64,000 nt of DNA from Glaucostegus cemiculus. Lineage: Eukaryota. The position numbers were made by a program, and so were the translations under genes. The notes beneath the pieces are model-generated. The model had not been told where the DNA came from, ran no database searches, and saw only the letters and a list, made by a program, of their open reading frames with translations. The stretch's first letter is position 1. Every line of letters starts with the position of its first letter. This document shows, one piece after another, positions 63,051 to 64,000 of this stretch. The stretch spans positions 3,100,001 to 3,164,000 of the forward strand of contig CDPCPM010000148.1 of assembly GCA_976551045.1 (NCBI GenBank). Direction: 5' to 3'.

Positions 63051-64000
63051 GTAAGGGACTGGAACTGAATGGTGACGATTTGTGGCTCCGTCTAACGTAT
63101 TACACTTGCGGCATTGTAGATTACCCGCATTTTTCCGTCCAGGTGCTCGGTCCATTGTATTATTTCAGGAAGTGGGAATTCAAAAGATAACGATGCAGTT
63201 ACATTGTTGTAAAATGTAATTTATCCCACTTGAATTGTGTATTTCTGCATGGAAATTTAGGTGAAGATTTCAATACATTTACATAGGTATCACCAACTGA
63301 GCACCTAATGCAGATTACTTTTTTTTATTATTCACACGGCCGAATCCCAGGCATATGTAATACGCCTACAAAGCTCACAGTCGATCAGCTTCTGCAACGA
63401 CGTTACTTCCTTTCACATGCACTCAAGGCTCACCAGCGCTGAGACGTGTGTGGTTCGCCAGTTGAGACATAGTCACTGCTGAGTCCGCTCTGGCCTCGGG
63501 CAGTCCAAGCACAACTGTGCTCAAAAATGTGCGGCGGATTATTGAAAGAGCGGGGAGAAAGCAGGGTGAGAATTTCTGGCAGCGGTCTCTTTAGCCCAAA
63601 GCTGTCGCCAGCTTTTCCTGTCTCTCAGTGTAAATGGATTTCTTCCTCCGCTATCATCACAAACTGAGGGAACGATAATTGCTCATCAATGTAGTTATTG
63701 TGAAGTGCCCGTATTCTGAATGTCTTTTATGTGTTAACTTGGCGGGTTCCATTTGTGTTCCAGCAACAAGTCAGGCCTTTATTTGTGTCCTCACTGAGAG
63801 TTGGCAAGCACAACCAGGGAAATCAAAAATGATTTTAGTTTTCTTTAAAAAACATGTACTTATGTCTAACAATTATTTATATAAGTTTCTGCAAAGAAGA
63901 CTTGAGTTGTCCTGTGAACAGTTCTCGCGGTCCTTGACCCACCACTAACACTGTCATTTCAGCGCCGCACTGATCTTCTTCCCCACAGGGAGCGGAAATA

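Overview
Eukaryotic, repeat-rich vertebrate DNA, most likely from a cartilaginous fish (inferred from the gene family and the CR1/L1/Penelope/V-SINE repeat content). There are four short assembly gaps. The main content is a tandem cluster of two-exon class-A GPCR genes resembling GPR139/GPR142. I find six short coding first exons (70-76 nt, all ending [I/V/L]P-G|GTAAG, phase 1) and three second exons (all starting cag|TT AAY). These give two apparently complete genes (one with a 5-aa deletion in TM5), one frameshifted pseudogene, one first exon with no receptor second exon, and two genes running off the window ends. The ORF track misses the spliced structures. Between the genes lie a decayed, evenly spaced set of three tRNA genes (Ala, Asn, Ser), two copies of a class-I (gamma/epsilon-like) endogenous retrovirus 5' region (one keeps a tRNA-Arg primer-binding site), and several nested retroelement insertions whose order can be read from target-site duplications. 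All alignments were done by eye and tRNA comparisons are to recalled vertebrate sequences.
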